The position numbers and the translations under genes were made by a program. The notes below the pieces were generated by a model that was given only the letters and a program-made list of their open reading frames with translations, had not been told where the DNA came from and ran no database searches. This document shows positions 19,134-28,789 of a DNA stretch of 52,238 nt, piece after piece. Origin of the DNA: Acidimicrobiia bacterium (lineage in GTDB: Bacteria; Actinomycetota; Acidimicrobiia; Spongiisociales; JAHEDJ01); assembly GCA_029210695.1 (NCBI GenBank), contig JARGFH010000023.1, forward strand, positions 1 to 52,238, read 5' to 3'. Each line of letters starts with the position of its first letter. Position 1 is the first letter of the stretch.

Positions 19134-20474
19134 CTACGCGCTGCGGTACCCGGAGACCTCGAGCAAAGCAGCCGGGTCGATGCCCGCACCCGCCGGAGTT
19201 ACCTGATCCACGATCGAGCGGCCGTGCATCGAGAAAGGCTCGGGAACCTCGAGCGACTCGCCGGTCCCCGTCCTGACCAGGACCACGTCGGGATAGTCGG
19301 ACGCTTCGTCGTTGTTCCGGGTCACCATCACGAGTTCGCCCCCGGCCAGCTGAAGCAGCGAGCCGGTCGGGTAGACGCCGACCATCTTGATGAAAGCGTG
19401 TACGAGGCTGGGATCGTAGAACGTGCCCGCCCCTTGCAGGAGGACCTGCAGAGCACGGTTTGGCGTTTCCGCTCGCCGGTAGGAGCGGCGGGTGGTCAAA
19501 GCGTCGTACGTGTCTGCTGTTGCTACAAGCCGGCTGAAGAAGTGGCGCTCGCGGTCGTACACCAGCGACGGATAGCCCTGCCCGTCGAAACGAGCGTGGT
19601 GCTCGAACGCGACCACGGCTGCGATCTCCTGGCCCGGGGCGGCGGCGGCGAGGATGGCGGCGGCACCTTCCTGCGGGTGCAACTTGATCTCGGCCCATTG
19701 CTCCGGATTCAGCCGACCGGGATATTGAAGGGTCGAAGCTTGCACCCGGACTTTGCCGATGTCGTGGAGAAGTGCGCCAACGGCGAGCAACTTCAGCTCA
19801 TCCTCGGGCAGACCGGCGAGACGAGCGAGCGCAATCGAGAGAATGCACACGTTGACCGAGTGATAAAACGTGTACTCGTCGTGGCTCTTCATCGTGGAGA
19901 GCAGGAGCGAGGCGCTCGGCTGGGCGAGTGTCTGCTCGACGAGCTGTTCGACTGCCCAGGTGGCGCCGGTCAGGTCGAAGCCCTCATCAACTTCGAGCGC
20001 AAGGGCAACCCCCCGCAGCACGTCCAGCGAGCGGGCATAAGACCGGCGAAGCCCGGAGATCGCTTCGTCCGATTCGAGTTCGGCCCTGGTGAACGGTCCT
20101 TCGTTGAGTCGAATCGTGCCGCCTGCAGGAATGTCACCAGACAAACCGGCGGCGAAGGCCACCAGGTCGTACACATCGCCTTCCGATACCGGATATTCGA
20201 AAGAAATCGACTCAATGCCTCGACTCTGGAGATCGCGCAGCAGCTTGTTGAACTCGAGCGACGCATGAGCAAGCAGGCTCCGATTCTCATAAAGTGAATC
20301 GCCGAGTATCGACAGCACAACTTCACCGACCGAGTCCTTCGAGAGGGCATCGGCATTCTGCCGGAGCTTCGCCAACACTTCACCCGTCGCCGGGTGATCA
20401 ATCGGATAGAGGGTGAGCTGCTTGGTTGCCCCTCGGAGTTGTCCCAACAACGCCCGCGCCGCTTTTTCGCTCAT
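19134..20474 (-). CDS. HD-GYP cyclic-dinucleotide phosphodiesterase with unnamed N-terminal domain
   Basis: HDEYTFYHSVNV, LLHDIGK, HPQEG, EHHARFDGQGYP, ADTYDALTTRRSYR. Confidence 0.92.
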   Translation of the reverse strand: MSEKAARALLGQLRGATKQLTLYPIDHPATGEVLAKLRQNADALSKDSVGEVVLSILGDSLYENRSLLAHASLEFNKLLRDLQSRGIESISFEYPVSEGDVYDLVAFAAGLSGDIPAGGTIRLNEGPFTRAELESDEAISGLRRSYARSLDVLRGVALALEVDEGFDLTGATWAVEQLVEQTLAQPSASLLLSTMKSHDEYTFYHSVNVCILSIALARLAGLPEDELKLLAVGALLHDIGKVRVQASTLQYPGRLNPEQWAEIKLHPQEGAAAILAAAAPGQEIAAVVAFEHHARFDGQGYPSLVYDRERHFFSRLVATADTYDALTTRRSYRRAETPNRALQVLLQGAGTFYDPSLVHAFIKMVGVYPTGSLLQLAGGELVMVTRNNDEASDYPDVVLVRTGTGESLEVPEPFSMHGRSIVDQVTPAGAGIDPAALLEVSGYRSA

Positions 20475-22366
20475 GTAGAGCTTCCCTTCAGTGCGTCCTT
20501 CGCCGAGCGTCGGAGTATCCGGGTCGACGAACTCAACGAGAACCGTTTCCTGGCAAGTTGCTCGAGCGCGGTGCGAGCTGTCGGCCCGGTTCGCTCCGAC
20601 AGCAAGTCGACCACCCGCTGTTTCTCAGACAACTCGAGACCGCGACGGTCCAGGGCGCCGACCAGCAAACGCTCGGCCGAATCGGTTTCGTGCGTTCCGA
20701 GCAACGCGATGGCCGTCTGCCGCACGCTGGCATGATCGTCACCCAGTGCCGTCTCAAAGAATGGAACGGCTTCATCACCGAGCATCGCCAGGCCGCGCAG
20801 TGCCTCGAGCCGTACCCGGTGGTCGGAATACGAAAGGACCGGGCGCATCATCCGGATAGCGCCGCGGTCACCTGTGTGCCGGAGGACGATGACGAGGTTG
20901 CGAACCAGGTACCAACGGGGATCATTGAGCCGGGCAGTCAGCGGTTCCGCATCCTCGCGGGCGACCTCCGAAAGAATGTCGACGAGCATCCGCCTGCGCG
21001 CGGCATCTTGCTCCTCAGCGAGAAGATCGATCAACACGTCGACGGAACTGGTTCCCAGAGCCTTGAGCAACTGCACCGCAGGAGCGGCCTCACCGCCTTC
21101 GGTCGCCTTCTGGACGACGGCACTCATGATCTCGGACGATGAAATCTGTCCGAGTGCTTCGTCGACCTCAGGGCGACGGTGTTCGGCAAACGTGCTGGCA
21201 TCCAGCACCGCCCGCAGCCACAACTCGGCGCGCCGGTATTGACCCCGCCGAACGGCAGTACCGACCTTACCCACCCAGATTCGCATCAACCGCCGGAATC
21301 GGTCGTCGCGGTCCTCCGCGAAGAGCAGTCCGCGGAACACCTCCAGCGCGTGGTAGAAGAAGTGCTGGGGGTTCGGAAACTCCGCGCGGAGCGCCTCGAA
21401 GAAGGCCGTTGGGTCCGCCTGGGCGCCTGCCAGGTCGCGGAGTCGCTCGTGAACGCTGACTGCCGCCACTTCTCGAGCGGCTTGCACAGCGTCGGTAGCT
21501 TGAATGAGCTCGAGCAACTCTTCGGGTCGGCCATCGACCCTGTCGGTTGATACTCGCGCATAGTCGAGGAGCAGGGCCAAGCCCGAAGGATCAAGACGCG
21601 GTGCCAGCCTCGCCAACTCGTTGCCGGCGAACTGATCGAGAAACGCCCGCTCTGCATCTGACTCCTGCTCGTTCAGGTAGCGAGCGAACACCTCCATGTT
21701 GGCCGGTTCCGGGATGTGGAAGAACGCCTCGACGAACGCCTTGACCACCTCCTCGCGCCCCTGGTAGTCCTCATCCTCAACGAGATCGAGCGTTGCCCGG
21801 TACTCCTCGAGGAACAGATCCGCCAGGCGGTCGGGATCTCCGCCGGCCTTCTCCATCAACGCCAGTGCGAACTCCTTCGGATCGGCACCCTGCTCGATGA
21901 CCGATTGCACCCGGTCGTCTCGATCGGTTGTCTCATCTTCCGCAACGGCCCTCAGTTGCGTACGCTGAACCACCGACATGCTGGCAACGCCATCTCGACG
22001 GAGGGCCGCAGCCACTCCGCCCGATGCCCGGACGGTGTCCTCCTCTTTCGCCAGGGATGCGAACAACTTGGCAACATCCAGCGCGGTCGGAGCATCTTCG
22101 AACCGTATCGATTCGATGTGGTGCACGAAACAACGTCTGGCCAGGCGTTCTGCTCCCTCGCGTTCGGTTTCGATTTCGAAGCCGTCTGATAGGAACCGCT
22201 GGCCTTCGATAGCGAGCGCCATATCGGGTTCTATCGAGTCGCGCAGGGTCTCGATGGCGCGCCGGAACGCGGGCTGCGTTTCTGGGTCCGGGTAGAGACT
22301 GTGAACGGTCCATGCGGTTCCCAGTGCCTCAACAGCGACCACTTGCGGGCGACGCTCTTTTGACAT
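20471..22366 (-). CDS. HEAT-repeat protein with unnamed N-terminal domain
   Basis: C-terminal HEAT/PBS-like repeats: LNDPRWYLVRN, SDHRVRLEALRGL, DDHASVRQTAIALL. Confidence 0.85.
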   Translation of the reverse strand: MSKERRPQVVAVEALGTAWTVHSLYPDPETQPAFRRAIETLRDSIEPDMALAIEGQRFLSDGFEIETEREGAERLARRCFVHHIESIRFEDAPTALDVAKLFASLAKEEDTVRASGGVAAALRRDGVASMSVVQRTQLRAVAEDETTDRDDRVQSVIEQGADPKEFALALMEKAGGDPDRLADLFLEEYRATLDLVEDEDYQGREEVVKAFVEAFFHIPEPANMEVFARYLNEQESDAERAFLDQFAGNELARLAPRLDPSGLALLLDYARVSTDRVDGRPEELLELIQATDAVQAAREVAAVSVHERLRDLAGAQADPTAFFEALRAEFPNPQHFFYHALEVFRGLLFAEDRDDRFRRLMRIWVGKVGTAVRRGQYRRAELWLRAVLDASTFAEHRRPEVDEALGQISSSEIMSAVVQKATEGGEAAPAVQLLKALGTSSVDVLIDLLAEEQDAARRRMLVDILSEVAREDAEPLTARLNDPRWYLVRNLVIVLRHTGDRGAIRMMRPVLSYSDHRVRLEALRGLAMLGDEAVPFFETALGDDHASVRQTAIALLGTHETDSAERLLVGALDRRGLELSEKQRVVDLLSERTGPTARTALEQLARKRFSLSSSTRILRRSAKDALKGSST

Positions 22367-23016
22367 CAGTCGATGTGTATCAATTCTTCTCGGAGGGCAT
22401 ACATCACAGCTTCGCCGCGTGAATGCAGCCCCAGTTTGTCCAGAATGTTGCGAACGTGGTTCTTGACGGTGTTCTCCGAGATATAGAGCATCTCGCCGAT
22501 TTCGCGGCTGGTCCTGCCCTGGGCGACTGCCTGGAGCACTTCGATCTCGCGACCGGTGAGCGCAGGCTTGCGGCCAACCACCACGTCACGATGACGCAAC
22601 ATCTGAGCGACAGTCTCGAAGAGCTTCATGCCCATCGCCGGCGAGACCACCGCCCCGCCGGCCACAACATCCTTCATGGCGGCCACCAGTTGAGGAAGCG
22701 GCGTCGTCTTGGTGATATACCCGACGCTGCCGGCCTTGATGGCCTTGAGGAGATCCTCCCCGGATTCACTGGCCGTCAACAACACGACTTTGGTCTTCGG
22801 GGCTGCTGCCAGGAGCTTGTCAACGACCTCCAGGCCGGAAATCCCGGGCATGAGAACATCGAGAACAACCAGGTCCGGTTGCTGCTCCTTGGCGACCTGC
22901 ACCCCGGCCAGGGCGTTTTCGGCGGTTCCCACAACTTCGAATCCGGCGTTCTCCAGAGCAGCAGACATCCCGGCCGTGAACAACTGAGCATCGTCGACGA
23001 TGATCACACGGGTCAT
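22366..23016 (-). CDS. NarL/LuxR-family response regulator
   Basis: REC domain (IIVDD, LDVLMP, YITK) plus LuxR HTH (LTGREIEVL...ISENTVKNHVRNILDKL). Confidence 0.95.
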   Translation of the reverse strand: MTRVIIVDDAQLFTAGMSAALENAGFEVVGTAENALAGVQVAKEQQPDLVVLDVLMPGISGLEVVDKLLAAAPKTKVVLLTASESGEDLLKAIKAGSVGYITKTTPLPQLVAAMKDVVAGGAVVSPAMGMKLFETVAQMLRHRDVVVGRKPALTGREIEVLQAVAQGRTSREIGEMLYISENTVKNHVRNILDKLGLHSRGEAVMYALREELIHID

Positions 23017-23558
23017 GCCGGCTCAATCAATCCGAGCGCGCCGTCCCGGCGGCGGTAGAGCACACTCGGCATCTCGCTATCTGCATTCTGAAAGAAGAAG
23101 AAACTGTGGCCCAGCAGATCCATCTGCAGCGCAGCTTCTTCCGGGGTCATCGGTTTCATGACGAACTGCTTCACCCTGACGATGGCGTGACCCTCATCAC
23201 CTTCTTCATCGAGGGACGCGAAGCCGATATCGTCTTCTTTCCGCCCCTTCCGTGACCGCTGAACAAGCCGCTCTTTGAGGCGGCGGAGGCGCTTCTCCAT
23301 CTTGTCAACCGCCAGATCGAGCGCTGCTTCAGCGGACTCGGCGGATGACTCGACGCGCATGATTTGGCCGGCCGCCCGGCTCGTCACCTCCACTTTGAAG
23401 CGTCCCTCGGTCACGCGACGATTCTGAGCCTCTGTGAACTCGACGTCTGCGTCGAGTATCCCATCGAAAAAGCGACCGGCGTGAGCGACCTTGGTCTCGG
23501 CCATCTCACGAAGTCGCTCGTCCACGCTGGTGTTCCTACCGCGGACTCGAACTTCCAC
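23013..23558 (-). CDS. hpf: Long ribosome hibernation promoting factor
   Basis: AALDLAVDKMEKRLRRLKER and C-terminal KPMTPEEAALQMDLLGHSFFFF...YRRRDG. Confidence 0.95.
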   Translation of the reverse strand: MEVRVRGRNTSVDERLREMAETKVAHAGRFFDGILDADVEFTEAQNRRVTEGRFKVEVTSRAAGQIMRVESSAESAEAALDLAVDKMEKRLRRLKERLVQRSRKGRKEDDIGFASLDEEGDEGHAIVRVKQFVMKPMTPEEAALQMDLLGHSFFFFQNADSEMPSVLYRRRDGALGLIEPA

Positions 23559-24180
23559 GCTCTACCTCCGATCCTGGGAGTTCCGGTTGGCTCACCAACC
23601 AGGGATACTCCTCACTCAAGAGACTAGTCACTTTCACCGCGCGTGTGGCGGTTACGGCGCCGACGACCATCCCATTCAAGACTCCCGCGGCCGACTGCAA
23701 GGTCGAGCCGGTAGTGATGACATCGTCGATGAGAAGTATCGGCTGGTTTGTTGCTTTGCTGAAGAACATCGGGGGACGTCGTCGAGCCGAGCCGCGACCC
23801 GTATGACTTGGCGTCCACAGCGGCGCACGCACGGCCCGTCCAATCGGATTCCCCGTCACCCGCCCCAGAACGCGGGCGAGGATGAGCGCCGCATCGACCC
23901 CGTAACGAAGTCGTCGGGTACCCGTCCTCGGTATGGGGACCAGCGTCCCCGAAAACCCTTCGATCAGTGGGGCCATGCGAGCCGCCAGCCATTCTGCAGC
24001 AGGGAACAGACCCTCGAACTTGAGTCGGTGGACCAGCCTGCGCGGTGTGCCCTCGTGCACAAACGCAGAACGGACAATCAGGCCGGCCGGCAGCCGTTGC
24101 ATCCCACCCCATCTCGTCCACTGCGAGCAGCCTTCGCAGACGATTCCGGAACTCCAACTGCGACATGCCAAACAGATCAT
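23536..24180 (-). CDS. comF: ComF-family phosphoribosyltransferase-like protein
   Basis: N-terminal CxxC...CxxC and LLIDDVITTGSTL PRPP motif. Usual position upstream of hpf. Confidence 0.85.
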   Translation of the reverse strand: MICLACRSWSSGIVCEGCSQWTRWGGMQRLPAGLIVRSAFVHEGTPRRLVHRLKFEGLFPAAEWLAARMAPLIEGFSGTLVPIPRTGTRRLRYGVDAALILARVLGRVTGNPIGRAVRAPLWTPSHTGRGSARRRPPMFFSKATNQPILLIDDVITTGSTLQSAAGVLNGMVVGAVTATRAVKVTSLLSEEYPWLVSQPELPGSEVERGSSSPR

Positions 24181-24212
24181 GACGGCACCGTATCGCCCCC
24201 TTGGGACAGAAC

Positions 24213-24240
24213 CGCGACTCGCGACCAGTGACTCGCGTCT
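24213..24240. repeat. Degenerate heptamer run at the ahcY stop
   Basis: cgcgact cgcgacc agtgact cgcgtct. Confidence 0.5.
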
Positions 24241-25501
24241 AGGTCCCTTCGTTCCAGGAGGCGAGGTAGCGCTTCTGTTCTTCGGTGAGTTGCTCGAGGC
24301 CGCATCCCATGGTGGCCAATTTGATCGTGGCTACTTCTGCGTCTAGATGCTCGGGAAGCGTGTAGATCTCAGGTTTCAGGGTATCCGCGTTGACGATCAG
24401 CCACTCGGCAGCCATTGCCTGATTGGCAAACGACATATCCATCACATCGGCCGGATGTCCTTCAGCAGCCCCGAGGTTCACGAGGCGGCCCTCCGCCGCC
24501 ACGAACAGGCTCCGGCCGTCGGCCAGGTCGAATGCCTCGAGATTCTCCCTCACCGGCCGCCGCGCCACGGCCATCGCCGCCAGTGCCGCCAGGTCGAGTT
24601 CGATATCGAAATGGCCGGCGTTGGAAAGGATGGCGCCATCCTTCATCCGCTCAAAATGACGGCCCCTTAGAACATGCTTGTTCCCCGTCACGGTAACGAA
24701 AATATCGCCGGTCGCCGCGGCATCATCGGCCGTCAACACTTGATGGCCGTCCATCGCAGCTTCGAGCGCACGGATCGGATCGACCTCAACCACGACGACC
24801 TTCGCTCCGAACCCCGAGGACCGGTCGGCGACACCGCGCCCGCAATCGCCGTAGCCGACGACGACCACCGTCGATCCGGCCAGCAGCACGTTGGTCGCCC
24901 TGAGGATGCCGTCGATCGCCGATTGCCCGGTGCCGTAGCGATTGTCGAAGAGGTGCTTCGTCGCCGAGTCGTTGACCGCAACCACCGGCAGTCGGAGCGT
25001 CCCGTCTTTCGACATCGCCCGCAGGCGAATCACACCGGTCGTCGTTTCCTCGGTTGAACCAATCGGATTCAATTCGGTGCGCTCCGTGTGGAGGATGGTG
25101 GCAAGGTCGGCCCCATCGTCCATAGTCACGTCGGGCTCGGCATCGAGCACGGCGTGGATGTGCCGGTAGTACCGGTCGGGGTCCTCACCACGCACCGCGA
25201 AGACCGGAATGCCGTCCTCGACGAGGGCCGCCGCCACGTCATCCTGCGTGGAGAGCGGATTGCTGGCGCACAGAAGGACGTTGGCGCCACCGTCCCGCAG
25301 CGCCAGCATCAGGTTGGCCGTTTCAGCCGTCACGTGAAGGCAGGCCGCCACGGTCCGGCCCTCGAGCGGGCGTTCGGCGCGGAACCGCTCTCGCAGGGAT
25401 TCCAGCACGGGCATTCTCCGGCCCGCCCAGGCAATCCGTCTGGCTCCTGCACCGGCCAGGGCCGGATCTGCAATATCGAAATCCATGAGTTGATCCTTCA
25501 C
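24239..25501 (-). CDS. ahcY: Adenosylhomocysteinase (short form, 420 aa)
   Basis: CLHVTAET, SNPLSTQD, EETTTGV, KHLFDNRYGTGQS, GRLVNLGAAEGHP. Confidence 0.97.
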   Translation of the reverse strand: MKDQLMDFDIADPALAGAGARRIAWAGRRMPVLESLRERFRAERPLEGRTVAACLHVTAETANLMLALRDGGANVLLCASNPLSTQDDVAAALVEDGIPVFAVRGEDPDRYYRHIHAVLDAEPDVTMDDGADLATILHTERTELNPIGSTEETTTGVIRLRAMSKDGTLRLPVVAVNDSATKHLFDNRYGTGQSAIDGILRATNVLLAGSTVVVVGYGDCGRGVADRSSGFGAKVVVVEVDPIRALEAAMDGHQVLTADDAAATGDIFVTVTGNKHVLRGRHFERMKDGAILSNAGHFDIELDLAALAAMAVARRPVRENLEAFDLADGRSLFVAAEGRLVNLGAAEGHPADVMDMSFANQAMAAEWLIVNADTLKPEIYTLPEHLDAEVATIKLATMGCGLEQLTEEQKRYLASWNEGT

Positions 25502-26484
25502 AATCGGTTCTTTAGCTCGGTCAAAATGTCGACGGGCACAGGGTCGATCCCCGCTGCCTCGGCCACGTACACGGATACGAGGTCACCGATGAGCGAAGCC
25601 GTGGCGGAGCGCGCCAGCACCGAGGTACCGGTCGTCCACACCTCAACGGCCGCTTGGACGGTCGGGCCGACCAAGTCGGCCGTCAGCCTGAATCGGCGCG
25701 AAATCTCAGGCATTTCACCCTGGTCCCGCAAGACTACGAGTCCTGTTGTGCTACTCAAACCATGGTGCGAGGAGGCCCAACCAACGAGCTCGTTGTGGTT
25801 GAGCTCCGGCACAATCGACCAGTAGGCCGGCGTCTTGGCGTTCTCGTGGAACTGCTTTGCCCACCGTTGGGCGGCCACCTCGGTTGGGCCGGCCGACCCC
25901 CAGACGGCAACCAGACGGCCGGCGAGGGCATCCGCAATTCGACGGGCCTGATCGTGACCGGGACCAGCCCGCTCAACGCCCAGCAGGTCGGCGGTTTCCT
26001 TCCCCGCTTCAAGGAGCATCGGAACCGGATCACCGAGCGGCGAGGCGGCCGCCACGATTCTCAATACTGCCCCGACGAGGTATCCCAGCGCCGCCCGGGG
26101 TTGCATCCCGGCCGGAACACGAACGGTTGGCAAATCATTCGCACCGGCGACGCGGGTCAACTCGCCGCCCGTCGCCACGACTGCCACCGGCAAGCCGTAG
26201 TCGAGGGCAGCATCGACCGATGAGAGCGTTTCTGCCGTGTTCCCCGAGTACGACACGGCAACGACCACCGGTCGCACGTGCTCAGCCCAGGCAGGCAGTC
26301 CGTAGTCCTTGTGAATCCGCACGTCGACGCCTTCTGCCGCCGTAACGACGCGAACGAAATCCCCGGAAATCCCGGACCCCCCCATCCCACATACGAGCAC
26401 GGTCGAAGCCGGGGCAATGGTGGGAGCTTCGAGTTCGGACGCCCACCGGTACTGGTCCGGAAGGCTTTCGATCATGGCCCACAT
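25498..26484 (-). CDS. Bifunctional phosphoglucose/phosphomannose isomerase (SIS)
   Basis: CGMGGSGISG, SYSGNTAET, QPRAA, ENAK, PELNHNE. Confidence 0.92.
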   Translation of the reverse strand: MWAMIESLPDQYRWASELEAPTIAPASTVLVCGMGGSGISGDFVRVVTAAEGVDVRIHKDYGLPAWAEHVRPVVVAVSYSGNTAETLSSVDAALDYGLPVAVVATGGELTRVAGANDLPTVRVPAGMQPRAALGYLVGAVLRIVAAASPLGDPVPMLLEAGKETADLLGVERAGPGHDQARRIADALAGRLVAVWGSAGPTEVAAQRWAKQFHENAKTPAYWSIVPELNHNELVGWASSHHGLSSTTGLVVLRDQGEMPEISRRFRLTADLVGPTVQAAVEVWTTGTSVLARSATASLIGDLVSVYVAEAAGIDPVPVDILTELKNRL

Positions 26485-28004
26485 CAGCGCGGCTGCTCGG
26501 CTTCATCGATCAGCATGACGGGGATGCCATCTTCAACGGGGTACCGCAGCCCGCAGTCGAGACATTCGAGTTTGGAGGCACCGACGTCCTCGCGGAGATC
26601 CCCATGGCATTTCGGACATACCAGGATGGCCTTGAGCTCTGGAGCGATGAGCCCGGCAGGCGACGGGCTGCCCTCGATCACAGTGCGGACTTCGCTCACC
26701 ATGCGGTCCACCATCGCCGCGTCTGCCCCTTCCACGTTCAAGCGCAAGACCGGTTCGGTATTAGACGGCCGCAGGTTGAACCACCGGTCCGACCACGACA
26801 CCGTCAGCCCGTCGGTCTTGTCGATCTCGCCATCGGCGAACTTCCGCTCGACGGTGACCAGCGCCGCATTCTGATCGGCAACGGAGAGGTTGATTTCCCC
26901 GGATGCGGCGTACGGCTCGACTTCGGTGCGCAGTTGCGAGAGAGATTGCCCCGATTCGGACAGCACTTGAAGGAGCACCAGCATCGCCAGCATGCCGGAG
27001 TCGGCCCGGTAGTTGTCACGGAAGTAGTAGTGGCCGCTGTGCTCGCCGCCGAATATGGCGCCGGTCTCCGCCATGATCTGCTTGATGAACGAGTGGCCGA
27101 CGCGGGTGCGAATCGGCTTTCCACCGGCGGCGATCACGACCTCGGGCACCGCTCGACTCGTGATCAGATTGTGGACGATGGTCGCCCCGGGTTCCCGTGC
27201 CAGAAACCATTTGGCGATCAGCGCCGTTGTCGTGCTCCCCGACAGCGGTCGGCGCTGGTCGTCGATGAAGAAGGCGCGATCGGCGTCGCCGTCAAAGGCA
27301 ACGCCGAGGTCGGCGCCCTCTGTTTCCATCAACGCGATCAGGTCGACCAGATTGTCGGGGTTGAGCGGATCGGCCGGATGATTCGGGAAGGTCCCATCCG
27401 GCTCGAGATACAACGGGACCAGATCTGCGCTGATGCGAGCGAAGACCGCCGGAAGCACAACTCCTGCCATCCCGTTGCCGCCATCGACTGCCACTTTGAG
27501 GTTTCCGATGGCCGGTCCGTTCACGATCGAGAACAGATGCTCGATATATCCGGACAAACCATCGAAGTCGGCGGCCGACCCGGGTGTTTCGGCAACCGGC
27601 AACTCACCTTCCGCCATCGCCCGGATGTCCTGAAGCCCGGTATCGTGCCCCACGGGTGCAGCACCGGCGCGGCACAGCTTGATGCCGTTGTATTCGGGAG
27701 GGTTGTGCGAGGCGGTGATCATTGCCCCCGGGACTTCCTCGCGACCGGATACGTAATACACCGTGTCGGTAGCAACCTCTCCGAGATCGAGCACATCGAC
27801 ACCTTGACCTGTGATTCCTTCGATGAACGCACCGGCGATGCTCGGCGACGATGCGCGACAATCGCGACCAACTGCGATCCGATCGGCGGAGACGAACGAC
27901 GCAAACGCCGCGCCGATACGGCGGGCTCCCTCTGCGTCGAGGTCACCGGTGTCGGTGCGGCCCCGAATGTCGTATGCCTTGAAGATCATCTCAAAATCAC
28001 TCAT
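26484..28004 (-). CDS. manB: Phosphomannomutase/phosphoglucomutase fused to a C-terminal Trm112-like domain
   Basis: FKAYDIRG, TASHNP, FDGDADR, GEHSGH, RPSNTEP, then ILVCPKC...CLDCGLRYPVEDGIPVMLIDEA with no intervening stop. Confidence 0.93.
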   Translation of the reverse strand: MSDFEMIFKAYDIRGRTDTGDLDAEGARRIGAAFASFVSADRIAVGRDCRASSPSIAGAFIEGITGQGVDVLDLGEVATDTVYYVSGREEVPGAMITASHNPPEYNGIKLCRAGAAPVGHDTGLQDIRAMAEGELPVAETPGSAADFDGLSGYIEHLFSIVNGPAIGNLKVAVDGGNGMAGVVLPAVFARISADLVPLYLEPDGTFPNHPADPLNPDNLVDLIALMETEGADLGVAFDGDADRAFFIDDQRRPLSGSTTTALIAKWFLAREPGATIVHNLITSRAVPEVVIAAGGKPIRTRVGHSFIKQIMAETGAIFGGEHSGHYYFRDNYRADSGMLAMLVLLQVLSESGQSLSQLRTEVEPYAASGEINLSVADQNAALVTVERKFADGEIDKTDGLTVSWSDRWFNLRPSNTEPVLRLNVEGADAAMVDRMVSEVRTVIEGSPSPAGLIAPELKAILVCPKCHGDLREDVGASKLECLDCGLRYPVEDGIPVMLIDEAEQPR

Positions 28005-28081
28005 ACGGTCCTTTCCGCGTTGAGCCCGGATTGTACGGCACGGAAGTGGACCCTTCTCTCCCGCCTAAACTCCCCTCGCCA

Positions 28082-28789
28082 ATGGTCAGTGTCTCGATTG
28101 TCATCCCCATCCACAATGAAGCCGGCTTCCTGGCTACCGCCTGGGCTCGGTTGCGCCCGGAACTCGAGCAACTCGAGGCCGACGTTTCTGTGTACCTAGT
28201 TGAGAACGGCTCGACCGATGAGACCCTTGCGATCGCACGGGGACTAGAAGGCTCGTCTGTCTTCGTGCTTTCGCTCCCCCAACCCGACTACGGGGCGGCG
28301 ATGCGGGAGGGGTTCCTGGCTGCCGCCGAAGCCGACTGGATCGTCAACTTCGATATCGACTACTTCTCGGTTCCATTCATCCGCGATCTCTTCGACATCG
28401 ACGCCGACGTCGTCATCGCCTCGAAACGCGCACCCGGCTCTGATGATCGGCGCTCTGCACTGCGGAGGGCCGGGACACGCACCTTCAATCTGCTGCTACA
28501 AACGCTCTTCGGGTCCCGGGTGTCGGACACCCACGGGATCAAAGGGTTCCGGGGCCAGGTGGTCACCCGGCTCGTCCCCATGACGACGCGCACCCTGGAT
28601 TTGTTCGACACCGAACTCGTATTGAGGGCAGAGATGGCAGGGCACCGCATTACCGAGGTGCCCATCGTGGTCGAGGAGCTACGAGAGACGAGGTCGTCGT
28701 TCGTCAAGCGGGTGCCGAGGACCCTCAAGGGCCTTCTTCAGCTCCGCCGGTCCTTCTCGAGTGAGCGCCGGAACACGAGATCCCGGTAA
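28082..28789 (+). CDS. GT2 glycosyltransferase (polyprenol-phosphate sugar synthase-like)
   Basis: SIVIPIHNEA, VENGSTDET, DID (DxD), SDTHGIKGF, FDTELV. Confidence 0.88.
   Translation: MVSVSIVIPIHNEAGFLATAWARLRPELEQLEADVSVYLVENGSTDETLAIARGLEGSSVFVLSLPQPDYGAAMREGFLAAAEADWIVNFDIDYFSVPFIRDLFDIDADVVIASKRAPGSDDRRSALRRAGTRTFNLLLQTLFGSRVSDTHGIKGFRGQVVTRLVPMTTRTLDLFDTELVLRAEMAGHRITEVPIVVEELRETRSSFVKRVPRTLKGLLQLRRSFSSERRNTRSR

Noticed and set aside
26604..28199. Long antisense ORFs (this 531-aa frame; also 29709-31127, 48480-49898, 50140-51417)
   Set aside because: Shadow frames opposite well-supported genes in GC-rich DNA, with no recognisable motifs.
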